Assembly (NCBI GenBank): GCA_965227295.1
Contig: OZ245742.1
Location: 4,672,001-4,736,000 of the forward strand
Direction: 5' to 3'
Length of the DNA stretch: 64,000 bases
Source of the DNA: Leptonemataceae bacterium
GTDB taxonomy: Bacteria > Spirochaetota > Leptospiria > Leptospirales > Leptonemataceae
The notes under the pieces are model-generated. The model saw only the letters and a program-made list of their open reading frames with translations. It had not been told where the DNA came from and made no database searches. Shown piece after piece: positions 21,027 to 30,533 of this stretch. Position numbers and translations under genes: made by a program. Each line of letters begins with the position of its first letter. Position 1 is the first letter of the stretch.

Positions 21027-22121
21027 ATGAATACGATCCAACGTCTGCATCCCCTGCTCTATCTGAGCGGCTATCTGTTTCCGCTGGCCACGGCGATCGG
21101 CATCTCCGTCGGCGGCTGGTTCTGGTCCTGGTCGGCCATCCTCCTGGCCTACGTCTGCATTCCCGTGATTGAACTGCTGAGCCCGGCGCCCACGGGAAAT
21201 ATCGCCGAGGAAAAACGGCTGAGCCTGGAAGCCCGGCGTATCTACGATTACGTACTGTATCTCGCCGTGCCGATTCAGTTCGGCATCCTGTTTTTCTTTC
21301 TCTACGCCGTCTCCCAGGAGTGGTACACGAACGGCGTGGAGCTCGCCGGCTGGGTGGCGAGCACCGGTCTGTGCTGCGGCGCCTTCGGCATCAACGCGGC
21401 CCACGAACTCGGCCATCGCCCCAAACGTTTCGAGAAGATTTTTTCCCAGGCGCTGCTCTTAACTTCACTGTACATGCACTTTTTCATTGAGCATAACCGC
21501 GGCCACCATCGCCACGTCTCCACACCGATGGACCCCGCCACCTCGCGCCGCGGCGAAATCGTCTACGCCTTCTGGCTTCGTTCGGTAATCGGCGGCTTCG
21601 TCTCGGCCTGGAAGATTGAAGCGAAACGCCTGCGCAATCTCGGCCGCAAACCGTACGGCCCCGAGAATCAGATGTGGTTGTTCGTGTTGATTCAAATCGC
21701 TTTTGCCGCGGGCATCTTCGCGTTCATGGGTACGGCGGCGGGCCTGGCTTTTGTGGGCGTCGCGGTGATCGGTTTTCTGCTGCTGGAAACGATCAACTAC
21801 ATCGAACACTACGGGCTCATGCGCGAGTTCAACGCCGAACGCAATCGCTACGAAAAAGTTCGACCGCAGCACTCGTGGAATTCGAATCATCCGCTGGGTC
21901 GCATCGTGCTTTTTGAACTGCCCCGGCATTCGGACCATCATGCCTTCGCCGAACGCCGCTACCAGGGTCTGCGTCACTTCGACGAAAGCCCGCAGTTGCC
22001 GTCCGGTTATCCGGGCATGATGCTCGCGGCGCTGGTGCCGCCGCTGTGGTTCTTTGTCATGCACCGCGAGATGGACAAACTGGAATCCGCGCAACCGACG
22101 ACGTTAACGGCCGCGGCCTGA
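21027..22121 (+). CDS. alkB: Alkane 1-monooxygenase (membrane di-iron hydroxylase)
   Basis: All His boxes present: HELGH, EHNRGHH, NYIEHYG, RHSDHH. Confidence 0.93.
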   Translation: MNTIQRLHPLLYLSGYLFPLATAIGISVGGWFWSWSAILLAYVCIPVIELLSPAPTGNIAEEKRLSLEARRIYDYVLYLAVPIQFGILFFFLYAVSQEWYTNGVELAGWVASTGLCCGAFGINAAHELGHRPKRFEKIFSQALLLTSLYMHFFIEHNRGHHRHVSTPMDPATSRRGEIVYAFWLRSVIGGFVSAWKIEAKRLRNLGRKPYGPENQMWLFVLIQIAFAAGIFAFMGTAAGLAFVGVAVIGFLLLETINYIEHYGLMREFNAERNRYEKVRPQHSWNSNHPLGRIVLFELPRHSDHHAFAERRYQGLRHFDESPQLPSGYPGMMLAALVPPLWFFVMHREMDKLESAQPTTLTAAA

Positions 22122-22205
22122 CGCCGGGGCGGTCCTCCGTCGGAGACGGCCGCCCGCGGATCGTTTTTTCCTGGACACGGCCCCGGCCGGGGGGAACCCT
22201 GAGCC

Positions 22206-23444
22206 TTGCAGTCGCCCGTGTCGCATCGCTCGTATCTTCCGGTCCTGGCCTTCTTCGCTGCGTTGGGCACCGCCGCCGTGTTCGTCACGGGCGGTTACGT
22301 TCCCTTTCTCACGCCCTGGGTTCTTTTCATCGATGTGTTGTGCATGGTTGCCCTGGCCGCCGGGGCGGTCTTCCTCTTCGTGCGCAACCGCGCCACGTTC
22401 ACGGGGGATCGCTTGTTCTTCGCCCTGCTGGCCATCCCCGTTCTCCTGGCGTTGATCGCGCTGGTAAACGGTTCGCTCTTCTGGGCGTTTTTCAAGATCG
22501 GCGGCTGGTTCTTGTTGCCCGCGGCGTACGTGTTGCATCGCGCGCGTCCGGAGCTGCTCGATCGTCATCTCGGTCGCACATCCCTGACGGTCCTGGGCTG
22601 CATCGTCCTGGCCTTTGTCTTTCCCCGCGCCGGGCATTTGTTCTTTTACGGCCACGACGACTACCTGCTGTTCTTTCCGCGCGCGTTCGAAAACGGCAAC
22701 GTCTTCGCCTTTCAGATTGTACTGCTGCTTCCGTTTATTCTGGAGTACTCCGCCGGCAACGAACTTACCGACGGCCGCCGACGCAAGCGCGCGCTGACCG
22801 CGGCCCTGGTGGCGATCGGCTTTCTCCTGATGGCCTATACATCTTCCGCGATCGGCCTCGCCCTGTATGTCGTCCTCGCCGTGTTTACGCTGGTCCAGGA
22901 GCGCATGCACATTTCGCCGATGGTGTTGTTCACCGCCGGCCTGATCGCCGCCGCCTTTGCGCTGGCCCTGGTCGCCGTGGATGTTTTGTACTTCGAAACG
23001 TTCACTCACAGCGGCAGCCTGGAAATGCGCCGGCTGATCTACTCCAACTCGGTGCGCGTCACCGGCGAACGCATCTTCAGCGGCCACGGTGCCGGCTCGT
23101 TCGCGTCGTTCTGGTTGAACTACACACCGGCCTACATTCGCGGCGAGATGGCTTACGTCGATCTCGTGGAACTCTGCATTCGTTGCAAAGAGCGCGATTG
23201 TCTCTGTCATCCCATGGCCCATAACCTGGGCCTCACGCTTTCCGTGGAGTTCGGTATCCTGGCCCTCATTCCCTGGATCGCGGCGATCGTGTTCGCCGTG
23301 CGCCGCGCCTCGAACCTCACCCGCGCCGCGTACGCCGTGGCCCCTCTGGTGTGGTCCCTGCTCGACGATCCGCTCTACTTCTGGCCGAACATCGCCCTGT
23401 TCGGCGTACTGGTTGCTCGAGCGTTTCCTCCGAGACAAGAGTAG
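22206..23444 (+). CDS. O-antigen ligase/Wzy_C-like membrane protein
   Basis: About 11-12 TM helices; periplasmic-loop motifs SLEMR, GHGAGSF, AHNLGL...EFG. Confidence 0.65.
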   Translation: MQSPVSHRSYLPVLAFFAALGTAAVFVTGGYVPFLTPWVLFIDVLCMVALAAGAVFLFVRNRATFTGDRLFFALLAIPVLLALIALVNGSLFWAFFKIGGWFLLPAAYVLHRARPELLDRHLGRTSLTVLGCIVLAFVFPRAGHLFFYGHDDYLLFFPRAFENGNVFAFQIVLLLPFILEYSAGNELTDGRRRKRALTAALVAIGFLLMAYTSSAIGLALYVVLAVFTLVQERMHISPMVLFTAGLIAAAFALALVAVDVLYFETFTHSGSLEMRRLIYSNSVRVTGERIFSGHGAGSFASFWLNYTPAYIRGEMAYVDLVELCIRCKERDCLCHPMAHNLGLTLSVEFGILALIPWIAAIVFAVRRASNLTRAAYAVAPLVWSLLDDPLYFWPNIALFGVLVARAFPPRQE

Positions 23445-24035
23445 CGATTCGGGCGTACTCGAACGAATCAAACGTTTCCGGTAATTCAAGAGCCGCGGTT
23501 CGTAACGTTTACCGTGAGAGACACAAGGTAAGTTGCGCAATAGGTAAGAGGCTGCATTCGACCCGGACGCCGGTTTGCGACTCAGCTATCGGAGCGTTTC
23601 TTACGAAGAAGACGCCGTTCCGGTGCGCCTTACCATGTTCCCCGGCATGACCTCCGTTCATCTGCTGGAACCAGCCGTGACCATAAAAGTGTGAATCCAA
23701 ACTGGCCGCAACTTACACCACGATTCGGGGCGTGCTCGAACGTATGAAAAGTTTCCGGTAGTTCAAGAGCCGCGGTTCGTTGCGTTTAACGTGAGACACA
23801 CAAGGTAAGTTGCATTATGGGTAAGGGATTGATTTGGCTACGGCGAAGCGGGAGTTGTGGATTTTCGTTTTGTTAAGACAGTCCGCATCGACCCGGACGT
23901 CGGTATGCGGCTCAGCTCCCGCAGCGTTGCTTGCGGCGAAGACGCCGGGGACTTATGCTTTCCGCCGATGCGGAAAGCCGGCGGATCAGAACTCTCGCTG
24001 AAGCGGGAATTCTGCCGGTGCGCCTTACCACATTC
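23445..24035. repeat. Locus A of the ~330-bp non-coding repeat (276-bp deleted unit plus a second, interrupted unit)
   Basis: CGATTCGGG at 23445 and 23721; shares blocks such as CCCGGCATGACCTCCGTTCATCTGCTGGAACCAGC with 29525-30533. Confidence 0.95.
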
Positions 24036-24067
24036 ACCTGCACCTTACAGCACAGGCCCGCGGCTCC

Positions 24068-24913
24068 TTACGCCGGGAGTTTCTGACAGTTCGGACAGAT
24101 GTGCGTTCCTCGCTGAGCGACTTTGAGTTTCACGATCTTCCGTTTGCAGCGCAGGCACGGGAGACCCTGGCGCTGGAAGACCAGGAGCATGTCAGTGTAA
24201 CCGCCCTCATAGCCGCCCAGAAACTTGAAGTTCATGAACGAAGTGCCGTTCGCCTGGATCGATTTTTCCAGCACCTCGCGGATAGCGCCGTGCAGCTTCT
24301 TAACTTTCGCCGGTGGAATCTTACGCGACGGGGTGAGCGGATGAATGCGGGCCATCCACAAAGACTCGTCCACGTAGATGTTGCCCAGGCCGGCGATGAA
24401 TTCCTGATCCAGCAACAACGGTTTGATCATGCGGTTGTGTGATTGCAGATTGTGGCGGAGCCAGTCCGGAGTAAAACGCGCGGCGTCCAGGGGCTCCGGA
24501 CCGTAGCGCTCCGAAAACTTCGCGAAGGCCGCGGCGTCGGCGTAGTAATAGACGCGACCGAAGCGACGCTGATCTTCAAAGACGAGGTGTTTGCGATCGG
24601 CATCGTCCAGGTGCAGGACCGCGGAGTAGTGCTTGCGTTCTTGTTTCGGCGGCAGCGCGGGCAGCGGATACAGCTTGCCGGTCATGCGCAAATGAATCAA
24701 CACGCGGGCGCCGTCGTCCAGCTCCAGGATCAAGAATTTCGCGCGGCGCTGCACCGCCAGGATGCGGCGACCCACAACGGCCTTACGCACGGCGGGCAGC
24801 GAGATGTCGTGCAGGGCGCGAGGCCAGTGACGATCGAAACCCGTGATGGTCCGGCCTACGAGAAAGGGACGCAGGGAGCGAGCGACTGTTTCAACTTCCG
24901 GGAGTTCGGGCAT
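24068..24913 (-). CDS. mutM: Formamidopyrimidine-DNA glycosylase
   Basis: MPELPEVE N-terminus at ATG 24913, HLRMTG, GLGNIYVDE, CxxC...CxxC zinc finger. Confidence 0.97.
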   Translation of the reverse strand: MPELPEVETVARSLRPFLVGRTITGFDRHWPRALHDISLPAVRKAVVGRRILAVQRRAKFLILELDDGARVLIHLRMTGKLYPLPALPPKQERKHYSAVLHLDDADRKHLVFEDQRRFGRVYYYADAAAFAKFSERYGPEPLDAARFTPDWLRHNLQSHNRMIKPLLLDQEFIAGLGNIYVDESLWMARIHPLTPSRKIPPAKVKKLHGAIREVLEKSIQANGTSFMNFKFLGGYEGGYTDMLLVFQRQGLPCLRCKRKIVKLKVAQRGTHICPNCQKLPA

Positions 24914-24935
24914 GATCGCCGAAGTTGCAGTCTGA

Positions 24936-25943
24936 CTACTGTAACTTCCAGAAATATATAGTACCGTCCCAGGCCCCGGCGGCGAGTGTTTTTCCGTCCG
25001 GATCAAAGTCCACCGAATGCAACCGGCCGGGCACCGCCCGGCTGCGCAACAACGCACCGTCCGCGAGTCGATAGACCTCGACGCTGGACGTGCCGGCTTC
25101 CCGATCCTGCTGAAGCAACGCCAGGCGTTCGCCGTCCGGATGAAAGGCGGCGCGCACCGGCACAGTACTAAAGTTAAACTCAATGACAGTTACCGGGTCG
25201 CCGCTACGACTGTCGCGCACCCGGCGCCCGTCGAAGTACCGCGCCCCGTCCCGGGAAAAAACGAACAACGGCTGTTCCTCCGGACGAAACGGATACTCCG
25301 TACGATGCAGGAGTTCTCCGCTCTCCACGTCCACGAGCAACATGTAATTGTCGCGCCAGTTCCAGAGGGCCAGGGTATCCAGGTCCGGACTGATTGCGAA
25401 CGCGCGGACGAAGTCCCGGCGCTCCGCGAACACCGGCAGCTGCATCGTTCGACTCAGCCGACGTTCCACGAGACTCCAGATCCGCACGCGACCGTCCCGA
25501 TCCACGGCGAGCAGGCGACGTCCCGTACGACTGAAGGCGATCAATTCCAGCGCACCGATGATCTCCCGCTCCGGCGTCAGACGAATGGGCGCGTCGCCGA
25601 AGGCCTGGTGCACAATGACGTCTCCGCCGCGGCATTCCCGCCGCCGCGAAACCACGTAGAGGCTGTCCGGACTGAAGCGCACGTCTTGCAGAGCGCAATC
25701 GGAAGCGCGCAGCCGGCCGCCGTAACTGCGAGTCGGCGCTCCTGCTTCGGCTTCGGCCGGAACACGCAGGACGTGGGCGCGGCCGGTACTGCCGGCCACC
25801 ACCCAGCGACCGTCCGGGCTGAAGCTCAGCGATTGCGCGGGGTCCGGCGACCGCAGCGTGAGGGCCGCCTCCCCGCGCGCGGCAAACAGCGAACTGCCGA
25901 TGCCCACCAGGAGGACGGCCGTGTATGCGAAATGCTTTCTCAT
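24936..25943 (-). CDS. Secreted WD40-repeat beta-propeller protein
   Basis: Signal peptide; FSPDG/FSRTG/FHPDG/FDPDG repeats, DGTIYFW. Confidence 0.8.
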   Translation of the reverse strand: MRKHFAYTAVLLVGIGSSLFAARGEAALTLRSPDPAQSLSFSPDGRWVVAGSTGRAHVLRVPAEAEAGAPTRSYGGRLRASDCALQDVRFSPDSLYVVSRRRECRGGDVIVHQAFGDAPIRLTPEREIIGALELIAFSRTGRRLLAVDRDGRVRIWSLVERRLSRTMQLPVFAERRDFVRAFAISPDLDTLALWNWRDNYMLLVDVESGELLHRTEYPFRPEEQPLFVFSRDGARYFDGRRVRDSRSGDPVTVIEFNFSTVPVRAAFHPDGERLALLQQDREAGTSSVEVYRLADGALLRSRAVPGRLHSVDFDPDGKTLAAGAWDGTIYFWKLQ

Positions 25944-26054
25944 CCAACGAATTCCCGCGAGAACGCGGACCTTCTTATTTAAGAAGACTTATAACTTGAC
26001 ATCGGCAGATTTCCGCCGGCCCAATACCGGAAATATATCCCCGGAGTTTCAGCG

Positions 26055-29000
26055 ATGAGCACAGCCGCCTCCGCCGCAGCAGCAGAATCAGGAATTTACA
26101 CCAGCACTCATAAGGTTCGTTTTGTTACCGCCGCCTCGCTCTTCGACGGCCACGACGCATCCATCAACATCATGCGGCGCATCCTGCAGGCCAGCGGGGC
26201 CGAGGTCGTTCACCTGGGGCACAACCGCTCCGTCCGCGAGGTGGTGGACGCCGTCCTCCAGGAAGACGCCCAGGGCGTCGCGATCTCTTCGTACCAGGGC
26301 GGGCACGTCGAATACTTCAAGTATCTCCACGATCTGCTGCGCGAAAGCGGTGCCGGCCACGTGAAGATCTACGGCGGCGGCGGCGGGGTCATCGTACCGG
26401 AAGAGATTCGCGATCTGGAAGGGCACGGCATTACGAAGATCTTCTCGCCGGAGGACGGCCGGCGCATGGGCCTGCAGGGCATGATCAACAGCATGATGCA
26501 GGCCTGCGACTTCGATCCCTGCCCCGCCCTGGAAGGATCGCGCCTCAACGAACTCCCGGATTTTTACAAACTTTCACAGATCATAAGTTACGTCGAGAAC
26601 CATCGCGACGGCGACGACCTGCCCGCGGCGGCGGAACTGCTGAGCGGCGCAACGAATGCTCCAAACGATAATCAGACGCCGGCAAAAGTCGCCCCGCCGG
26701 TCCTCGGCATTACCGGCCCGGGCGGCGCCGGCAAGTCTTCGCTCACCGACGAACTCTGCCTGCGGTTCCTCGAAAACAACGCCGACGCGAAGATCGCCGT
26801 GCTCGCCGTGGATCCCACGCGTCGCAAGACCGGCGGCGCATTGCTCGGTGATCGCATCCGCATGAACGCCCCGACGCTGTTTCCCGAGCGCGTCTTTGTA
26901 CGTTCTCTGGCCACCCGCGGCGCGAACCGCAGCCTTTCGGAAGCCCTGCGTCCCGTCATCGAACTCATCCAGAAGTGCGGCCGCTTTGACTTGATCATCG
27001 TGGAAACGTCCGGCACCGGCCAGTCCGACGACGAGGTCATCGGTGTCGCCGATCGTACGCTTTACGTTATGACCGCGGAATTCGGCGCGCCGACCCAGCT
27101 CGAAAAAATCGCCATGCTGGACTTCGCCGATCTCGTCGCCATGAACAAAGCCGAGAAACGCGGCGCCGACGACGCCGTGCGCCACGTACAAAAACAGTAC
27201 CAGCGCAATCACAATCGCTTCGCCGATCCCGTGGACGCCATGCCGGTCTACGCCACCGTGGCCAGTCGTTTCAACGATCCCGGGGTGAACCGACTCTACA
27301 ACGCCCTGGCAAAGACTCTCTCCGGAGACGCAGTTCGGTTCGCCGCGATTCCGGAAGCGGCCCTCGCCGCCAATTCCTCGGACATCGAAATCATCGCTCC
27401 CCAACGCGTGCGTTATCTCTCCGAGATTTCCGAAGCCGTGCGCGGTTATCACAAAGCCGGCGCCGAGAACGTCGACCTCGCCCGGGAACTGGACGCCCTG
27501 CAGCGCGCCCGGGCTTCCCTGGAAAAAAGCGGTGCGGCCTCCGCCGCCGTACTCACGGCCCTGGAAGAACAACACGAGTCCGTACGCAAACAACTGGGCC
27601 GCAACGATCCGGCGCTTTTGGAATTCCTGGAAGCCTGGCCGCAAACAAAGGCGGCGTTCTCCGGCGACGAGTACGTGTATTCGATCCGCGGCAAAGAACT
27701 GCGCCAACCGCTCAAAACGCTAACATTATCCGGGACAAAGTTACCGGTCCTGGCCCTGCCGCCGTACGAATCCCTGGGCGAGCTCGCCCGCTACTACTAC
27801 AAAGAAAATCTGCCCGGCCGCTTTCCCTTTACGGCCTCGGTTTTTCCGTTTCGTCGCGCCGGGGAAGATCCCACCCGCATGTTCGCCGGCGAAGGCGGAC
27901 CGGAACGGACCAACGTACGCTTTCATTATCTCGCGGGTTCGGCGCAGCGTCAGGAAAATGAGGCGTTGCCGGCGCGGCTGTCGACGGCCTTCGACAGCGT
28001 TACGCTCTACGGCGAAGATCCCGCCCGACGGCCGGACATCTACGGCAAGGTCGGCAATTCCGGCGTGAGTGTCCCGTCCCTCGACGACTGCAAACGATTG
28101 TACAGCGGCTTTGATCTGACGGCACCGTCCACCTCGGTATCCATGACGATCAACGGGCCGGCGCCGGTCATTCTGGCATTCTTCTTCAACACCGCCGTGG
28201 ATCAGCAGATCGAACGGCACCTGCGCGAAACCGGCGGCTACGACGCCGCGCGAACCAAGATCGAAACGTTCTATCGCGAGCGCGGCCTGGAACCGCCGGC
28301 CTATCGCCGCGATCTCCCGACCGGCCACGACGGCAACGGTGTGAATCTACTCGGTCTGTCCGGCGACCGTCTGGTGGATGCGGAAACCTACGAACGCATC
28401 AAGACGGAAACCCTGGCGAAGGTCCGCGGTACGGTGCAGGCGGACATCTTAAAAGAAGACCAGGCCCAGAACACCTGCATCTTCTCCACGGCCTTCGCCC
28501 TGCGCATGATGGGCGACATCCAGGAGTTCTTTGTCACGAATCAAATTCGTAACTTTTACTCCGTAAGTATTAGCGGCTATCACATTGCCGAGGCCGGGGC
28601 CAATCCCATCAGCCAGCTCGCCTTTACCCTGGCCAACGGCTTCACCTACGTCGAATACTACGTCAAGCGCGGCCTGGACGTAAACGCCTTCGCCCCGAAC
28701 CTCTCGTTCTTTTTCTCGAACGGTCTGGACGCCGAGTACAGCGTCATCGGCCGGGTGGCCCGGCGCGTCTGGGCCATCGCCATGCAACGTCTCTACGCCG
28801 CCGACGAGCGTTCGCAGAAGTTGAAGTATCACATCCAGACGAGCGGCCGTTCGTTGCACGCGCGCGAGATCGACTTCAACGACATTCGCACCACGCTCCA
28901 GGCACTCTATGCGCTCTACGACAACTGCAACAGTCTGCACACGAACGCCTACGACGAAGCCATCACCACCCCCACGGAAGATAGCGTGCGCCGTGCCGTG

Positions 29001-29522
29001 GCCATTCAGTTGATCATTAATAAGGAACTGGGCCTCAACAAGAATCACAACCCCGTGCAGGGCGCCTATATCGTGGAAGAACTCACGGACCTCGTCGAAG
29101 AAGCCGTGCTCGCGGAGTTCGATCGCCTCACCGAACGCGGCGGGGTGCCCGGCGCCATGGAAACGATGTACCAACGCGGCAAGATCCAGGAGGAGTCCCT
29201 GCACTACGAACACCTGAAGCACAGCGGCGAACTGCCGGTCATCGGCGTGAATACGTTTTTGAATCCGCGCGCCGAAGACCAACCGGAGACGGAACTCATG
29301 CGTTCCTCCGAGGACGAAAAGGAAAGTCAGATTGCCGGCGTAACCGAATTTCAGCGTGCCTTTGCGGACGAGTCCCCGGCGGCGTTGGCCAAACTCAAAA
29401 ACGTGGCCCTTGCCGGCGGCAACATCTTTGAGGAACTTATGGACACCGTAAAGGTCGCAACGCTCGGACAAATCAGCGCGGCATTGTACGGCGTGGGCGG
29501 AAGCTACCGGCGGAATATGTAG
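26055..29522 (+). CDS. icmF: Fused isobutyryl-CoA mutase / MeaB-type GTPase
   Basis: B12-binding DGHDAS at the N-terminus, P-loop GPGGAGKS, mutase barrel ([23 protein letters not shown]). Confidence 0.95.
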   Translation: MSTAASAAAAESGIYTSTHKVRFVTAASLFDGHDASINIMRRILQASGAEVVHLGHNRSVREVVDAVLQEDAQGVAISSYQGGHVEYFKYLHDLLRESGAGHVKIYGGGGGVIVPEEIRDLEGHGITKIFSPEDGRRMGLQGMINSMMQACDFDPCPALEGSRLNELPDFYKLSQIISYVENHRDGDDLPAAAELLSGATNAPNDNQTPAKVAPPVLGITGPGGAGKSSLTDELCLRFLENNADAKIAVLAVDPTRRKTGGALLGDRIRMNAPTLFPERVFVRSLATRGANRSLSEALRPVIELIQKCGRFDLIIVETSGTGQSDDEVIGVADRTLYVMTAEFGAPTQLEKIAMLDFADLVAMNKAEKRGADDAVRHVQKQYQRNHNRFADPVDAMPVYATVASRFNDPGVNRLYNALAKTLSGDAVRFAAIPEAALAANSSDIEIIAPQRVRYLSEISEAVRGYHKAGAENVDLARELDALQRARASLEKSGAASAAVLTALEEQHESVRKQLGRNDPALLEFLEAWPQTKAAFSGDEYVYSIRGKELRQPLKTLTLSGTKLPVLALPPYESLGELARYYYKENLPGRFPFTASVFPFRRAGEDPTRMFAGEGGPERTNVRFHYLAGSAQRQENEALPARLSTAFDSVTLYGEDPARRPDIYGKVGNSGVSVPSLDDCKRLYSGFDLTAPSTSVSMTINGPAPVILAFFFNTAVDQQIERHLRETGGYDAARTKIETFYRERGLEPPAYRRDLPTGHDGNGVNLLGLSGDRLVDAETYERIKTETLAKVRGTVQADILKEDQAQNTCIFSTAFALRMMGDIQEFFVTNQIRNFYSVSISGYHIAEAGANPISQLAFTLANGFTYVEYYVKRGLDVNAFAPNLSFFFSNGLDAEYSVIGRVARRVWAIAMQRLYAADERSQKLKYHIQTSGRSLHAREIDFNDIRTTLQALYALYDNCNSLHTNAYDEAITTPTEDSVRRAVAIQLIINKELGLNKNHNPVQGAYIVEELTDLVEEAVLAEFDRLTERGGVPGAMETMYQRGKIQEESLHYEHLKHSGELPVIGVNTFLNPRAEDQPETELMRSSEDEKESQIAGVTEFQRAFADESPAALAKLKNVALAGGNIFEELMDTVKVATLGQISAALYGVGGSYRRNM

Positions 29523-29524
29523 GC

Positions 29525-30533
29525 ACGTCGGTTCACGACTCAACTATCGTTGCGTATCTTCCGGCGAAGACGCCGTTCCGTTGCGCCGTATCACATCCCC
29601 CGGCATGACCTCCGTTCATCTGCTGGAACCAGCCGTACCCATACAAGGCTTAATGCACACTGGCCGCCACTTACACCACGATTCGGAGCGTCTACGAACT
29701 ACCGAAAAATTTTTGGTAATTCAAGAGCTGCGGTTCGCTGCGCTTGCCGTGAGACGCGCAAGGTAAGTTGCGCAATGGTGAAGGGCTTGATTTGGCTACA
29801 GCTGAGCGGGAGTTGTGGATTTTCGTTTTGCTAAGTTAGTCCGCCTCGACCCGGACGTCGGTTTGCGACTCAGCTACTGTAGCGGTTCTTACGACGAAGA
29901 CGCCGTTCCGGTGCGCCTTACCACATTCCCCGGCATGACCTCCGTTCATCTGCTGGAACCAGCCGTGCCCATAAAAATATTAATCCAAACTGGCCGCAAC
30001 TTACTTCAAGATTCGGGGCGTGCTCGAACGAATCAAACGTTTCCGGTAGTTCAAGAGCCGCGATTCGTTGCGTTTGCCGTGAGACGCGCAAGGTAAGTCG
30101 CGCAATGGTGAAGGGCTTGATTTGGCTACAGCTGAGCGGGAGTTGTGGATTTTCGTTTTGCTAAGTTAGTCCGCCTCGACCCGGACGTCGGTTTGTGACT
30201 CAGCTACTGTAGCGGTTCTTACGACGAAGACGCCGTTCCGGTGCGCCTTACCACATCCCCCGGCATGACCTCCGTGGTCGCCTGGAACCAGCTGTACCAA
30301 TAAAAGTCTTAATCCAAACTGGCCGCAACTTACATCACGATTCGGGGCGTGCTCGAACGAATCAAACGTTTCCGGTAGTTCAAGAGCCGCGATTCGTTAC
30401 GTTGGCCGTGAATAACAGAAAGTAAGCCTTAAAAAGGCTGAGGGAATTTTTTGGCTACGGCTCTTCGGAGTTGTGGAGTTTCGTCTTGTTAAGAATGCTG
30501 CGTTCGACCCGGACGTCGGGTTGCGACTCAGCT
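29525..30533. repeat. Locus B: head-to-tail array of three ~330-bp units plus a 21-bp stub
   Basis: ACGTCGG unit marker at 29525, 29855, 30185, 30513 (periods 330, 330, 328); GAAGACGCCGTTCCG at 29566, 29896, 30226. Confidence 0.97.

Noticed and set aside
23765..23810. GAGCCGCGGTTC resembling group II intron domain V, and tRNA/tmRNA-like TTCGAC or GTTCAA motifs in the repeat
   Set aside because: Only short fragments match. I could not build a full domain V, cloverleaf or hammerhead core (no CUGAnGA) on either strand.
29550..30096. Short ORFs in the 330-bp repeat (e.g. 29815-30096, 29581-29766, 23857-24126) as a repeated peptide gene
   Set aside because: The period is a multiple of 3, but copies differ mainly by non-synonymous changes, copy 3 is frameshifted, other copies carry stops, and there is no consistent start.
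29525..30533. CRISPR array or integron cassette array
   Set aside because: The whole unit is repeated with no unique spacers or cassettes. CGCAAC/GTTGCG only loosely resembles attC cores. No cas or intI gene is in the window.
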